Shown here one piece after another: positions 38,887 through 49,070 of a stretch of 57,416 bases of DNA (position 1 is the stretch's first letter; every line of letters starts with the position of its first letter). This DNA is from an uncultured Luteitalea sp. (GTDB lineage: Bacteria > Acidobacteriota > Vicinamibacteria > Vicinamibacterales > Vicinamibacteraceae). The notes beneath the pieces were generated by a model that saw only the letters and a program-made list of their open reading frames with translations, was not told the DNA's origin and made no database searches. A program made the position numbers and the translations under genes. The stretch is taken from assembly GCA_964422175.1 (NCBI GenBank), contig CAYRAE010000001.1, positions 1-57,416 on the forward strand, written 5' to 3'.

Positions 38887-40257
38887 TCATGCGGCGCGGC
38901 GGGCGCGCTCCACGTCGTACACCACGCGGCCGTTCTCGTCGATCCGTGCGTGCGCGACGCGCGCACGCGCGCTGCCGGGCCCGCGCACGTGCCATCCCGT
39001 GCCGTCGGAGACGAGCGTCATCGCCTGCCGCTGCCGCCACCATTCATCCACGCGCGCCGGAGGAGCGATCCACACGCCCTGCTCGTCGCGCAGACGCGTG
39101 AGTCGCGCCAGCAACTGCTCGTACACGGCGAGCGCGCGCGGCGCCGTCAGGTAGTCGGGGTGCGCGATGAACGACGCGAGTCCATGCTCGGCGAGCACGA
39201 GATCGAGCTGCTCGTCCCACAACCGCGTCGAGTAGTCGTCGAGCACGTGAAACACCGTGTAGTCCTGCGCCATCGTCAGCGGCAGTTCGAGCACGTGCCC
39301 GTTGAAGTAGGGCATCACCGTGCAGCAGCCGCCACGCTGGGGTTCGAGATGCGCCACGTTCGGCACCGACATGTCGTAGGCGATGTCCAGCTTCGCCAGC
39401 CAGTCCTGCCGGCGATACATGGCGCCCGACCTGAACCCGCGGCTCCCGAACTCACGGCCGCGTGCGTTGATCGTGGCGGCGTGCTTGATGAAGCGCTCCC
39501 GCTCCTTGAAGAGCCCGCCGTCGTGCGTGAGGTCGTGGACGTTGATCTCGAATCCGCGCGCCCGCAGGCGCTCGACCAGCGCGCGCGTGGCCTCGCGCGT
39601 TCCGCGGTTGGGCGGCGGGTCGGGCACCACCTGGAACGAGGACGGGATGCCATACGACGCGTCCACGTCCATGAGCCGATCGCAGAACGCCATCCCGGAG
39701 ATGCCTTCGACGTCGTGCGTCATCACCGCGCATCCCGGCGCGCCGTCGGGCCAGAACCAGATGAACGGGAAGTCGCGCACGACGCCATGCGCGAGCGAGA
39801 CGCGGACCGTCTCGCGCATCACCGCCTCCACCGCCGTCTCCACGGGCCACCGCGGAAAGGGGGTGTTGCGCCACCCCTGCCAGTGCAGGCGCTGGAGGTG
39901 CTTGCGGAAGGCCACCGGCATCAGCGGCCGGAACAGGTAGTACAGCGCGCGTACCGCGCTCGGCGACGACACGTCGCGGATGGCGCGCTGGGCTTCCGGA
40001 TAGCGCTCGTGCCGCAGGTTCGCCACGACTTCCGCGAGATCGAACGGCGCCGCCGCCAGGTCCGCGGCCTGCCCGATCGCCGCGCCCACGTCCGTCAGCG
40101 GGCCCGTCGGAATGGCACACGGCGATCCCGCCTTCTGCCGGCCATAGGCAATGGCGTCGCCAAACCTGAAGTACCCGGCGGCCGCGGGGAGATCGCCTGC
40201 CGCGCGGAACGCGGCATGCGTCTCTGGACAGCGGAAGTATTCGACCAGCGGGTGCAC
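38887..40257 (-). CDS. polysaccharide deacetylase-like protein
   Basis: WFWP, MTHDVE, GFEINVHDLTHDG, GFRSG, ELPLT..QD, HPDY. Confidence 0.8.
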   Translation of the reverse strand: MHPLVEYFRCPETHAAFRAAGDLPAAAGYFRFGDAIAYGRQKAGSPCAIPTGPLTDVGAAIGQAADLAAAPFDLAEVVANLRHERYPEAQRAIRDVSSPSAVRALYYLFRPLMPVAFRKHLQRLHWQGWRNTPFPRWPVETAVEAVMRETVRVSLAHGVVRDFPFIWFWPDGAPGCAVMTHDVEGISGMAFCDRLMDVDASYGIPSSFQVVPDPPPNRGTREATRALVERLRARGFEINVHDLTHDGGLFKERERFIKHAATINARGREFGSRGFRSGAMYRRQDWLAKLDIAYDMSVPNVAHLEPQRGGCCTVMPYFNGHVLELPLTMAQDYTVFHVLDDYSTRLWDEQLDLVLAEHGLASFIAHPDYLTAPRALAVYEQLLARLTRLRDEQGVWIAPPARVDEWWRQRQAMTLVSDGTGWHVRGPGSARARVAHARIDENGRVVYDVERARRAA

Positions 40258-40259
40258 GA

Positions 40260-41264
40260 TCAGGCCAGGGCCACGACCCTGCCTTGCGCCTCGAGTGAGC
40301 GGTCCGCCGCCTCGAGCAGGCGTACCACGCGCAGGCCCGCGATGCCGTCGTTGAACGGCGTGGCGCCGCTCCCGATGCATTCGAGGAAGTAGCCGAGCTC
40401 CGCGGTGAGCGCTTCGGTCTGCGGCACCTTCGGCGACCACACGTCGCCGGAGCGGTAACTCACGAGCAGGTTGTGGATCCCTTCGGCATTGGTCACCGAC
40501 ACGCCCTTGTCGTAGATCTTCAGCTTCTCGTCCACCTCGACGTCGTCCCAGACCAGCATCTTGTCGCGCCCCCCGATCATGGTCGTGCGCACCTTCACCG
40601 GCGAGAGCCAGTTCACGTTGATGTGCGCGATGACGTTGTCGGGAAAGTATACGGTGACGAATGCGATGTCGGCGTGCTGGCCGAAATGCGTGCTGCCCGT
40701 GGCGACCACGGCTTCGGGGTCCCTCCCGATCAGATGGTCCATGATCGAGAGGTCGTGCGGGGCGAGATCCCAGATCACGCTGACGTCGTGCTGGAAGAGA
40801 CCGAGGTTGATGCGCGACGAGTCGAAGTAGAGCAGCGGACCGAGCGCACCGGCGTCCACCAGTTCCCTGATCTTCCGCACGGCGCCCGTGAAGAGGAACG
40901 TGTGGTCCACCATGATGCGGAGGTTCTTCCGCTCGGCGATCGCGATGAGTTCTTCGGCCTGCGCGGACGTCGACGTGAACGGCTTCTCCACGAACACGTG
41001 CTTGCCCTGGAGGAGCGCGGCTTTCGCGAGCTCGTAGTGCGTCCACACCGGCGTGATGATCGCCACGGCGTCGATGGTCGCGTCGGTGATCACGTCGGCC
41101 GAGTCCGTGGTGACGCGGATGGCCGGGTACAGTTTCTGCACCCTGGCGAGGGCCTTCGGGTTGCTGTCGCAGACAGAGACCACCTGGCAGCCCTCGAGGC
41201 CGACGAGGTTGCGAACGATGTTGGGGCCCCAGTAGCCGTAGCCAATTACGCCTATACGAATCAT
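40260..41264 (-). CDS. Gfo/Idh/MocA oxidoreductase (WbpB/WlbA-like)
   Basis: [26 protein letters not shown]. Confidence 0.9.
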   Translation of the reverse strand: MIRIGVIGYGYWGPNIVRNLVGLEGCQVVSVCDSNPKALARVQKLYPAIRVTTDSADVITDATIDAVAIITPVWTHYELAKAALLQGKHVFVEKPFTSTSAQAEELIAIAERKNLRIMVDHTFLFTGAVRKIRELVDAGALGPLLYFDSSRINLGLFQHDVSVIWDLAPHDLSIMDHLIGRDPEAVVATGSTHFGQHADIAFVTVYFPDNVIAHINVNWLSPVKVRTTMIGGRDKMLVWDDVEVDEKLKIYDKGVSVTNAEGIHNLLVSYRSGDVWSPKVPQTEALTAELGYFLECIGSGATPFNDGIAGLRVVRLLEAADRSLEAQGRVVALA

Positions 41265-41318
41265 TGTCTTATTCTTGCGGTTATCGGTGGTGACGGGTCG
41301 GGCTCGAAGAGCCCGGCC

Positions 41319-41807
41319 TTACGTAGCGTCCACGCTGCGCAGGATGCGGGCCGGGTTGCCGGCCACGATCGTGCGAGGGGGGACGTCGCGGGTGACCACA
41401 CTGCCGGCGCCGACGATGGCGTCTTCGCCGATGGTGAGGCGCGGCAGGATGGTGACGCCGGAGCCGATGGACGCCCCGCGCTTCACCAGCGTCGGTTCCA
41501 CCTTCCAGTCGGCTTCCGTCTGGAGCTCGCCGTCTGCTGTCGTGGCGCGAGGGAAGACGTCGTTGGTGAACGTCACGCCGTGCCCGATGAAGACGTGATC
41601 CTCGATGGTCACGCCTTCGCAGATGAACGTGTGGCTCGAGATCTTGCAGCGCCTGCCGACCGTCACGCCCTTCTGGATCTCGACGCACGCCCCGATCTTC
41701 GTCTCGTCGCCGATCGCGCAGCCATACAGGTTGATGAACTTCGAGAGCCTGACGTCCTTGCCGAGCGTCACGTCCGGCGCAATCGCGAGATACGGCGACG
41801 GTTCCAT
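41319..41807 (-). CDS. hexapeptide-repeat N-acyltransferase (WbpD/WlbB-like)
   Basis: Left-handed beta-helix repeats, [23 protein letters not shown]. Confidence 0.9.
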   Translation of the reverse strand: MEPSPYLAIAPDVTLGKDVRLSKFINLYGCAIGDETKIGACVEIQKGVTVGRRCKISSHTFICEGVTIEDHVFIGHGVTFTNDVFPRATTADGELQTEADWKVEPTLVKRGASIGSGVTILPRLTIGEDAIVGAGSVVTRDVPPRTIVAGNPARILRSVDAT

Positions 41808-42922
41808 CAGGCGGCGCCCTTCATCATCGCGAACGGCGTGGCGGCCAGGATCTTCACGTCGCCCCACAACGTGCGCGTGCGCGCGTACTGCAGGTCCATG
41901 CGCACCATCTCGTCGAACGTCGTGCGGCTGCGGCCGTTGACCTGCCAGAGCCCCGTGATCCCGGGCTTGGTTTCCAGCACGCGGCGGCGATGCCACGGCT
42001 GGTACATGTCCACCTCCGACGGCAGCGGCGGACGCGGACCCACGAGCGACATCTCTCCACGCAGCACGTTGAAGAACTGCGGCAGTTCGTCGAGGCTCGT
42101 CTTGCGGAGCAAGTTACCCACCGGGGTGATTCGCGGATCGTTGGTGAGCTTGTAGACGGCGCCGTCCTTGCGCGGCTCCTTGCCGCTGGCGGTGATGAAC
42201 CAGGTGACGTAGTCCTCGTGTACGGCGTGGCCCGCATCCACGCGCATGCTGCGGAACTTCAGCATCGTGAACGGCTCGCCGCGCCTGCCGATGCGCGACT
42301 GGCGGAAGAGCACGGGCCCCTTCGACGTCCACTTCACGAGCGCCCACGCCACGAGCATCACGGGCGAGAACAGAAGCAGCAGGCCGACACTGCCGACGAT
42401 GTCGAGTGCGCGCTTGGCGGCGTCGCTGGCCGCGCGCGTGCGCTCGGGCGCGAACGCGTCGAGCAGCAGGTCCACGGACGGCAGCGACGGACCTCCCGCG
42501 TCGAGCTCGAGCCCGTGAATGTACAGGCGCATGGACACGACACCCGACGCCGCTTCGCCGAGGTGCTGCGCCAGATGACGACGCAGGTGCCTCATGATCC
42601 GCGCGGCGCTCGTCAAGGTGACGTCGGGCAGCAGGATGCCCAGGACGGCGTCGGCTTCGAGCCACCCCACCGCGTCGACGTCGCGACGGACGGCCGCCGC
42701 CGCGCGCAGTACCGACGGCCACGGGGCCGAGACGCGCGTGTGCGTCATGTCGAGCACGAGCACCGCGAACGGCGTGGCCGTGCGATCGGCGCGGCGCCGC
42801 TCGCGCTGCACCGCGTCGACGAAGAGCGCCTCGCCCAGCACGTAGACGTCGCGCGTCCGGCGCCGGCGCCCCGCGAGCGTCGCTGCCGAAACTCCGGTGA
42901 AAGTGAGCACTGTTGCGTTCAT
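41807..42922 (-). CDS. priming phosphoglycosyl transferase with an N-terminal degenerate GGDEF-like domain
   Basis: [40 protein letters not shown]-terminus [20 protein letters not shown]. Confidence 0.9.
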   Translation of the reverse strand: MNATVLTFTGVSAATLAGRRRRTRDVYVLGEALFVDAVQRERRRADRTATPFAVLVLDMTHTRVSAPWPSVLRAAAAVRRDVDAVGWLEADAVLGILLPDVTLTSAARIMRHLRRHLAQHLGEAASGVVSMRLYIHGLELDAGGPSLPSVDLLLDAFAPERTRAASDAAKRALDIVGSVGLLLLFSPVMLVAWALVKWTSKGPVLFRQSRIGRRGEPFTMLKFRSMRVDAGHAVHEDYVTWFITASGKEPRKDGAVYKLTNDPRITPVGNLLRKTSLDELPQFFNVLRGEMSLVGPRPPLPSEVDMYQPWHRRRVLETKPGITGLWQVNGRSRTTFDEMVRMDLQYARTRTLWGDVKILAATPFAMMKGAA

Positions 42923-43359
42923 GCCGTACCCCGCTCCGCGACGTCGCGGTGAACCACGCGCAACCTCAGGCTGGCCGCCACCGACGCAGGCAGCCGGCGC
43001 AGGAGGTCTTCCGTCACACGTTTCTCGAGTTGCGCGATCTTGCTCTCATCGATCGCGGGCAACGCCGTCAGGACCGCCGCGGCGATGCGGTCCTGCTGGT
43101 ACCAGCCGACCACGTCCGTGTCTCGCAACACGCCACGCATGGCGTCGAACAACCGTGCGGCAGTGGACGATGGAAAGGCGTCGGACTCACCGGACTCCGA
43201 CTCCACTGTGGCCAGCAGCAACCGGATCGGCTGGCAGGCGCGCGCCGATCGCGCCTGCTCGATGGCCAGGAAGTAGCGGAACGTCTCCTCGTCGTACTCA
43301 CCGTTGCCGTTGGCGGCGTTGAGGACGCGGATGGGTCTCGGTCTGGGTTGCACGGCCAT
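42919..43359 (-). CDS. stand-alone degenerate GGDEF-like protein
   Basis: F...LAIE.ARS.R...PI.LLL...LRDTDVVGW pattern. Confidence 0.65.
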   Translation of the reverse strand: MAVQPRPRPIRVLNAANGNGEYDEETFRYFLAIEQARSARACQPIRLLLATVESESGESDAFPSSTAARLFDAMRGVLRDTDVVGWYQQDRIAAAVLTALPAIDESKIAQLEKRVTEDLLRRLPASVAASLRLRVVHRDVAERGTA

Positions 43360-43399
43360 GACTGTCAGTCCCGCATGGGTGGGTGTCTGGGTCGACCCG

Positions 43400-44125
43400 T
43401 CACCGCGCGCCGGCGTTGTAGTAGGCGCCGTAGTAGTCGTCGCCGCGAATCTCGGACGGGTCCACGGCGTTCAGCACCACGCCCAGCACGCGGTCCACGC
43501 CGAGTGCCTGCACGGCGTCGGACAGATCGGGGAACTGCGTGACGCCGGCGCGCACCACGACGAGCGTGGCGTCCGCGGCTTCACTCACGATGCGCGCGTC
43601 TGCCAGGCCGGCGGCGGGCGGTGTGTCGATCAGCACCCAGTCGTAGCGCGGCACCGCCTTCGCGATCAGGCGAGACAGCCGGCCCGATGCGAGTTCACCA
43701 ACGGGATTCGGATTGGGCCGGCCGCCCGGGATGACGGTGAGCTGCTCGGTCACGCGCACGCCCTCGGGCAGGTGCTCCTCTTCCGCCGCCAGTGCCTCGC
43801 TGAGACCGGGCGCGCTCGACGGGATACGGAACAGCGCGTGCAGCGTGGGACGGCGCAGGTCGGCGTCGATCAGCAGGACCTTGCGCTTGTATGAATCGCT
43901 CAACGTGAGCGCCAGGTTGGTGGCCACGTGGCTCTTGCCGTCGCCGGGCGCGGGCGACGTGATCACCAGGCTGCGCAGCACGCGCTCGCGCTGCGTGCGA
44001 TCGAGCAACGCCGCCAGGTTGCGGAACTGCTCGAGCAGGGCTGGCGTGGCGTGTGCCGAGGCGACGAGGCGCTCGGCGGTGCCGGCGTCGAATCGCGTGG
44101 GCACGACCCTTGTTGGCGCATTCAC
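43400..44125 (-). CDS. CpsD/CapB-type tyrosine kinase
   Basis: ITSPAPGDGKS, LIDADLRRP, IDTPP, C-terminal YYGAYY; GTG overlaps the upstream stop. Confidence 0.92.
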   Translation of the reverse strand: MNAPTRVVPTRFDAGTAERLVASAHATPALLEQFRNLAALLDRTQRERVLRSLVITSPAPGDGKSHVATNLALTLSDSYKRKVLLIDADLRRPTLHALFRIPSSAPGLSEALAAEEEHLPEGVRVTEQLTVIPGGRPNPNPVGELASGRLSRLIAKAVPRYDWVLIDTPPAAGLADARIVSEAADATLVVVRAGVTQFPDLSDAVQALGVDRVLGVVLNAVDPSEIRGDDYYGAYYNAGAR

Positions 44126-45744
44126 AGTACGTATCTCCACAACTGCAACACCCACGCAAGCCCCGCAATCGCCACGATGGTCGTCCCTCCGGCGAGCACT
44201 TCGACGACGCGACCCCGTCTCCGGCTGGCGATGTCTTCGGCGGTCGTCACGTACGGCACCGACACCAGCACGGGGATGTCGATGGCACCAATGACGTCTG
44301 ACTCGGACCGCATCGTGGAGTCGCGAAGGAACATGAGGGCCACGAGGCCGAGCCCCACGGCAAGGCCACCGGCGGTGGCCATCGCGTTGATGCGGCCCCG
44401 GTTCGGACTGAACGGCCGCTGAGGCACGCGGGGAGGGTCGAGGACGCGGAACTGCTCGCCGATCTGTCGCTGCTCGAGGCTGGCCGCCATCTTCGAGCTT
44501 TCGCTCTTGGTGAGCAGCTCGCGGTACGTGGCCTGCAGCGTGTCGTAGTCGCGCGTGAGCGCCACCCATTCCGACTCCACGCCCGGCACGGCTTCGAGAC
44601 GGGACTGATAGCTCGCGACGAGCGCGCGCATCCGCCGTTCCTCGGCGCTCTTGAACGCGATCTGCCTGTTGAGGCTTTCGATCTCGGCGCGCTGCTCGCG
44701 CAGCTTGTCGCGCCGGCGCGCTTCCTCCGGCGCCACCGGACGCTCGGCGACGGTGCCGTCGGGCGACACGGGGCGCTGCAGTGACGCCGTCTCCACCTGC
44801 TTCTCGAGCTCCTCGATCGCGCGCCGCATGCGCGTGATGTCGGGATGCTTCTCGCTCAAGCGGAGCTCCATCTGCGCGAGCGTCTGTCGCGCCGCTTCGA
44901 GGCGACGGGCCGGAGTGGCATCGGCGGGCAGCGCACCAGACGCCGGGTCTGGCGACGCGGTGCCATCCTGCGTGGCCTGTGCCTCGGCAGCCGACTCGTT
45001 GTAGAGGCGTTCGAGGATCAGCTTCCTGTCGCTGTCGCGCGCGAGCGACTCGACCAGCGCCTGCAACGACATCTGCGCGTTCTGGATCGCCTGCATGTTG
45101 GCCTGCGTCTGCGTGGGCAGGCTGCCCGCGTTGCGCTCACGGAATGCCTTGAGGCGCTGCTCCTGCTGCTCGAGGCGCGTGCGCGCGTCGTTCATCTGCG
45201 CTTCGAGGAACGCGCTCGTCTGGTCGGCCTGCGTGCCGCGCTCGCGTGCGTTCGTGTCGATGAAGAAGCTGGCGAGCTTCTCCACCACTTTCTGCGTGAT
45301 GGCGGCGTCTTCGTAGTCGAACGACACGCGGAACGCTTCCGCCTGGTTCTGGCGCGATGATGTGGTGCGCTCCACGACGGGTGCGATGGAGATGCGTGCG
45401 CGCATCAACTCGACCACGTCTTCGAGCGGCCTGCTCGCACGCTCATCCGGGAACAACGAGAAGTCGGTGATCAGCTTCTCGAGTTGCGTGCGGCTGAGCA
45501 CCTGCTGCGCGATGGCGCGCAGCCTGTCTTCCACGCGCTCGGTGACTGTGGCGTTGACGTAGCTCTCCGGCACGCGCTGCGGCACGATCTGGATGAGCGC
45601 GTCGGCGCGAAAGCGGCTCGGCGACCAGCGGGAATAGAGGAGTCCGCCAATCATGCCCAGCAGCGTCGGCACGATGAGGAGCCACCGCCAGCGGCGCAGC
45701 AGGAACAGGACCGCGTGAGGCGAGAGTTGTCGTCCTGGAAGCAT
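44122..45744 (-). CDS. wzc: polysaccharide co-polymerase/chain-length determinant (membrane part of a split Wzc)
   Basis: Two TMs, coiled coil, HPDI, F.VLDPP.VP..P.SPNR. Confidence 0.88.
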   Translation of the reverse strand: MLPGRQLSPHAVLFLLRRWRWLLIVPTLLGMIGGLLYSRWSPSRFRADALIQIVPQRVPESYVNATVTERVEDRLRAIAQQVLSRTQLEKLITDFSLFPDERASRPLEDVVELMRARISIAPVVERTTSSRQNQAEAFRVSFDYEDAAITQKVVEKLASFFIDTNARERGTQADQTSAFLEAQMNDARTRLEQQEQRLKAFRERNAGSLPTQTQANMQAIQNAQMSLQALVESLARDSDRKLILERLYNESAAEAQATQDGTASPDPASGALPADATPARRLEAARQTLAQMELRLSEKHPDITRMRRAIEELEKQVETASLQRPVSPDGTVAERPVAPEEARRRDKLREQRAEIESLNRQIAFKSAEERRMRALVASYQSRLEAVPGVESEWVALTRDYDTLQATYRELLTKSESSKMAASLEQRQIGEQFRVLDPPRVPQRPFSPNRGRINAMATAGGLAVGLGLVALMFLRDSTMRSESDVIGAIDIPVLVSVPYVTTAEDIASRRRGRVVEVLAGGTTIVAIAGLAWVLQLWRYVL

Positions 45745-45753
45745 GGGGATGGA

Positions 45754-47310
45754 TTACGGCAGTGCCGTTCGCGACGCGCGTGGAGCCGGCGGGCGCTTGA
45801 GCGGCAGCAGGAATGTGAGACCGACACGAACGGAGTTCCTGTCGTATTTCGTGGGGAATCCGGTCGGCAGCGCCTCCGGATTCGAGAACGTGTGCTTGTA
45901 GTACCCGTAGCTGGCCGTGACACCCACCGTCTGCGTGACGAGCACGCGCAGCTGGGCTCCGGCACCGAGAACGTCGAGCCCGAGACGCTCGCCCGCCGCC
46001 GTCGGCGTCTGCCAGTTGGCGTACGTGGTGTGGAGCACGAGGCTCGTGCGCGGCCCCATCCCCAATGTCACGCTCGCCGACGCCGTATCAGTGGCGTAGA
46101 CATCGTCGGTGATGCCCTGGAGGAGTCTCGTCTCGCGGCGATACGAGGCCTGGAACGCCGTTGCGTCGGAGAGTGGGACCGTGAGGCTTGCACTGCCCAC
46201 AGGGAGCCACGCGGCGTACGGCCCCCGTTCGGCGGACGTCTGCGCTTCGACGTACGCGGCACCTCCGGTCACGTCCCAGCGCACGAGACGCCTGCCGCGA
46301 TCGACGCCGTGCTCGACCTCGAGACCACCGTCGATGCGCTGCGTCCGCATCGATCGCCCTTCGCGCTGGATGCCGTCGCGTTCCACGCCGTCGTACGACG
46401 TCTGCGCGCGGTTGTAGCCGGCGCGCGTGCGCACGCCCGCGCTCACCGTATGGCCCCACGATGCACCGGCGGTGTGCGTGGTGCTGTCGCCGAACCAGGC
46501 CACGCGCGGCGTCTCCTCGTCGGCGCCCGTGTCATCGTCCATGAACGACTGCCTGCCGAACGCGTAAGAGAACGACAGCGAATCGCGGCGGCTGAGGTGT
46601 GTCTCCATCTTCGCGCCGGCCCGCGACGTCAGCGTGCGACGCTCGAAGATGCCCGTGGTTGGCGTGGCGGGCGTGACGTCTGGCGGAAGCGGCGTGCCCG
46701 CCGACCCCGGATTGAACGCGTTGAAGAACGGCTCGTAGCCGAGGCGGGCGTCGCCGCTGAGCGTGACGCGACGGCTCGCCGCCGTGCGGCCGCCGATGTT
46801 TGCCGACGCGCCCGCCGCAGGGCCGTCGAGATAACCGGGATAGACCATCACGCTGCCCGACGTGCCGAGGTTCAACTGGTGATGGCTGTTGCCGCGCACG
46901 TACGCGAGCGTTCCGTCTGCGCTGCCCGTGTTGCCGCTGGCCATCGCGCGCGGCGACATCCCCACGCCGCTACCCATGCCCGCCGTGAGGTTGTCGTCGT
47001 AGCCGGCCTGGATGTTTCCCGTGAACGTGACCGTTTCGCGAACGGGCCCGCCGCTGCGCGGCGCGTTCGTGTCGCTGATCTCGCGGCGCGGAGGCGCGGG
47101 CTTGTCGCGGCGCGATCGGCGCGACGTGCGCGGCTGCCGGCCCTCGCGCGGCGGCGGTGCCGGTTCGGCCTGCGCGGGCTGCGTGCCCGTGGCGGGCGGC
47201 TGTGGCGCGGGCTGTTCTGACTGTGGCGTGGCCGGTGCCTGCCGTGCGTCTGCAACGGAGACGGCGATGGCCAGCACGAGGCACGCGGCGCGAACGAGAT
47301 GCACTGTCAC
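45754..47310 (-). CDS. outer-membrane beta-barrel of EPS export
   Basis: Signal peptide, Pro-rich linker, GYDDN, alternating beta-strands, YDRNSVRVGLTF; lies between the OPX and co-polymerase genes. Confidence 0.75.
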   Translation of the reverse strand: MTVHLVRAACLVLAIAVSVADARQAPATPQSEQPAPQPPATGTQPAQAEPAPPPREGRQPRTSRRSRRDKPAPPRREISDTNAPRSGGPVRETVTFTGNIQAGYDDNLTAGMGSGVGMSPRAMASGNTGSADGTLAYVRGNSHHQLNLGTSGSVMVYPGYLDGPAAGASANIGGRTAASRRVTLSGDARLGYEPFFNAFNPGSAGTPLPPDVTPATPTTGIFERRTLTSRAGAKMETHLSRRDSLSFSYAFGRQSFMDDDTGADEETPRVAWFGDSTTHTAGASWGHTVSAGVRTRAGYNRAQTSYDGVERDGIQREGRSMRTQRIDGGLEVEHGVDRGRRLVRWDVTGGAAYVEAQTSAERGPYAAWLPVGSASLTVPLSDATAFQASYRRETRLLQGITDDVYATDTASASVTLGMGPRTSLVLHTTYANWQTPTAAGERLGLDVLGAGAQLRVLVTQTVGVTASYGYYKHTFSNPEALPTGFPTKYDRNSVRVGLTFLLPLKRPPAPRASRTALP

Positions 47311-47353
47311 TGACGGGTCAGGAGTTACTTACGACTGCTTCGTGCGGGCAGGG

Positions 47354-48073
47354 CTACTTCGCTGGCACCACGACTGTGTCGCCGGGCAGCAGCGTGATGT
47401 TCTGCTCCACGTTGCGGCCCCTGGTGATGTCCTTGTAGGCGAAGGGGAACCGTCGCGTCCTGCCGTCCTCGACGCGCAGCACGGAGATCGCGTTGGAATT
47501 GGCGAACTCGCCCACGCCGCCGGCCAGTGCGATGAGCTGCATCACCGTCGTGGTGGACCCGAGCGGATACGCGCCGGGCCGCGCCACTTCGCCGGTGATG
47601 AACACCTTGCGGCTGTTCATCTGTTTCACGACGACCGTGACCGCGGCGTCGGTGATGAACTCGCGCAACGCGGCCTGGATGTTGTCGGCGAGCGCGGCGG
47701 GCGTGAGGCCCGCGGCCTGGACGTCGCGGATGAGCGGCAGCGTGATCTTGCCGTCGGCCCGCACCACGACTTCTCCACTCACGTCGGCCTCGCGCCACAC
47801 CAGGATCCCGAGCACGTCCTCGGGACCGATGAGGAAGCTGCTCTGGTCTGGGGTCACTGTCGGCGCGGGTGCATTCGGCTGTGCCGGCGAGGCCTGCTGA
47901 GGCGCCAGAGCGGCTGCCGAGACGTCGCCGAACGCGATCACGACGAGCATCGCGAGAAGTACCAGTCGTGCACCGGAACAGCGGCCGAAAAGGTTCAGCT
48001 TGGAGAGCAAAATGACACTCGCAGAGAAGAAATCAGACCAGCAAAACAGGGGTAGCTTCGCCCTTCCGGTCAC
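47354..48073 (-). CDS. wza: polysaccharide export OPX protein (short, periplasmic type)
   Basis: IGPEDVL.I.VW, VR.DGKITLPL, V.AAGLT, GEV.RPG.Y, L.PGDTVVVP; true start may be about 47950. Confidence 0.9.
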   Translation of the reverse strand: MTGRAKLPLFCWSDFFSASVILLSKLNLFGRCSGARLVLLAMLVVIAFGDVSAAALAPQQASPAQPNAPAPTVTPDQSSFLIGPEDVLGILVWREADVSGEVVVRADGKITLPLIRDVQAAGLTPAALADNIQAALREFITDAAVTVVVKQMNSRKVFITGEVARPGAYPLGSTTTVMQLIALAGGVGEFANSNAISVLRVEDGRTRRFPFAYKDITRGRNVEQNITLLPGDTVVVPAK

Positions 48074-48160
48074 ACGGACCAGCTGGGCCTTGTTCAGTTA
48101 CGGAGTGCTGGAAGGTCGGCTCGAGCGCCTCGGCGTCGGCCTTCCCGCCGCCCGCTCAGA

Positions 48161-48658
48161 TCACGCGCTGGCGGGCCATAGACACGATTCGGGTACGACG
48201 ACGGCGACTGACCGCTGGAGCAATGTGACCGAGACCACCAGTCGATCGCGGTCCTTCACCGACTGCACGACACCGGACGCGCCGGCGAGCGGGCCGGACA
48301 CGATGCGAACCTGTTCCCCGATCTGGAGGAACGAACACGGCTCGAGCGCCAGACCCGATCGCGTCAGCACCTGCAGCGATTCGATCTCCTCGTCGGGGAT
48401 CGGCTCGGGGACCTTCCCGATGCTCACCACGTGCAGCACACCCGGCGACGTCAGGATTGGCAGGCGGAACTGCACATCGAAACGGCAGAACACATACCCA
48501 CCGAACAACGGCATCTCCACCGTCTTGACGCGGTCCGACCAGCGGCGGCGCTCGCGGTGCATGGGCAGGAAGTACTCATACCCCTTGCCGCCGAGCACGT
48601 CCGCCACCACGCGCTCGGCGCGGGGCTTGACACGAAGGGCGAACCAGGCGAGAGACAT
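48161..48658 (-). CDS. UpxY-family NusG paralog antiterminator
   Basis: WFAL.VKPR.E, FLP, RRRWSDRVK.VE.PLF.GYVF, KOW motif GE.VRI.SGPL.G. Confidence 0.9.
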   Translation of the reverse strand: MSLAWFALRVKPRAERVVADVLGGKGYEYFLPMHRERRRWSDRVKTVEMPLFGGYVFCRFDVQFRLPILTSPGVLHVVSIGKVPEPIPDEEIESLQVLTRSGLALEPCSFLQIGEQVRIVSGPLAGASGVVQSVKDRDRLVVSVTLLQRSVAVVVPESCLWPASA

Positions 48659-48661
48659 TCG

Positions 48662-48691
48662 AGAATTTCAGAATTTCAGGAATTTCAGAAT
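48662..48691. repeat. (AGAATTTC)-type short tandem repeat just upstream of the antiterminator start
   Basis: agaatttc agaatttc aggaatttc agaat. Confidence 0.7.
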
Positions 48692-48722
48692 TGCGTACCG
48701 CCGGTACTGCGTCGAATACTCG

Positions 48723-48736
48723 CGTGCTACCGCCCC
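48723..48736 (-). promoter_or_regulatory. ops-like element
   Basis: GGGGCGGTAGCACG in the EPS operon leader, containing the ops core GGCGGTAG. Confidence 0.65.
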
Positions 48737-48981
48737 GTCAGTCCCATTTCCGAAGCCGGGACATCTGGAAATGGGGCGTTGTTCCCCCATCTCGCGACCG
48801 CCGCGTCTCGAAGCGATCCGCGCCCACCGGAACCGGACCGGCGTACGCACACGAGTCGAACCCTGCAAAGACGCTGGTCATCCAATCGGCATGGCCGCGA
48901 TCTTCCGCAGTCGAAAACCTTACCACACCGCAAAAGCTCGTCTGGTGACGGCTGAGCGACTGCGGACAATTGGGGTAAACG

Positions 48982-49019
48982 AAAAGAGGCCCGCTGCCTG
49001 AACACAGGCAGCGGGCCTC
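48982..49019 (-). terminator. rho-independent terminator
   Basis: gaggcccgctgcctg-aaca-caggcagcgggcctc with a minus-strand U-tract. Confidence 0.85.
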
Positions 49020-49070
49020 GAAGCGGGATGGGCCCGGATGTCCGGGCCTTCCGTCAGGGAAAGGGTGTTC

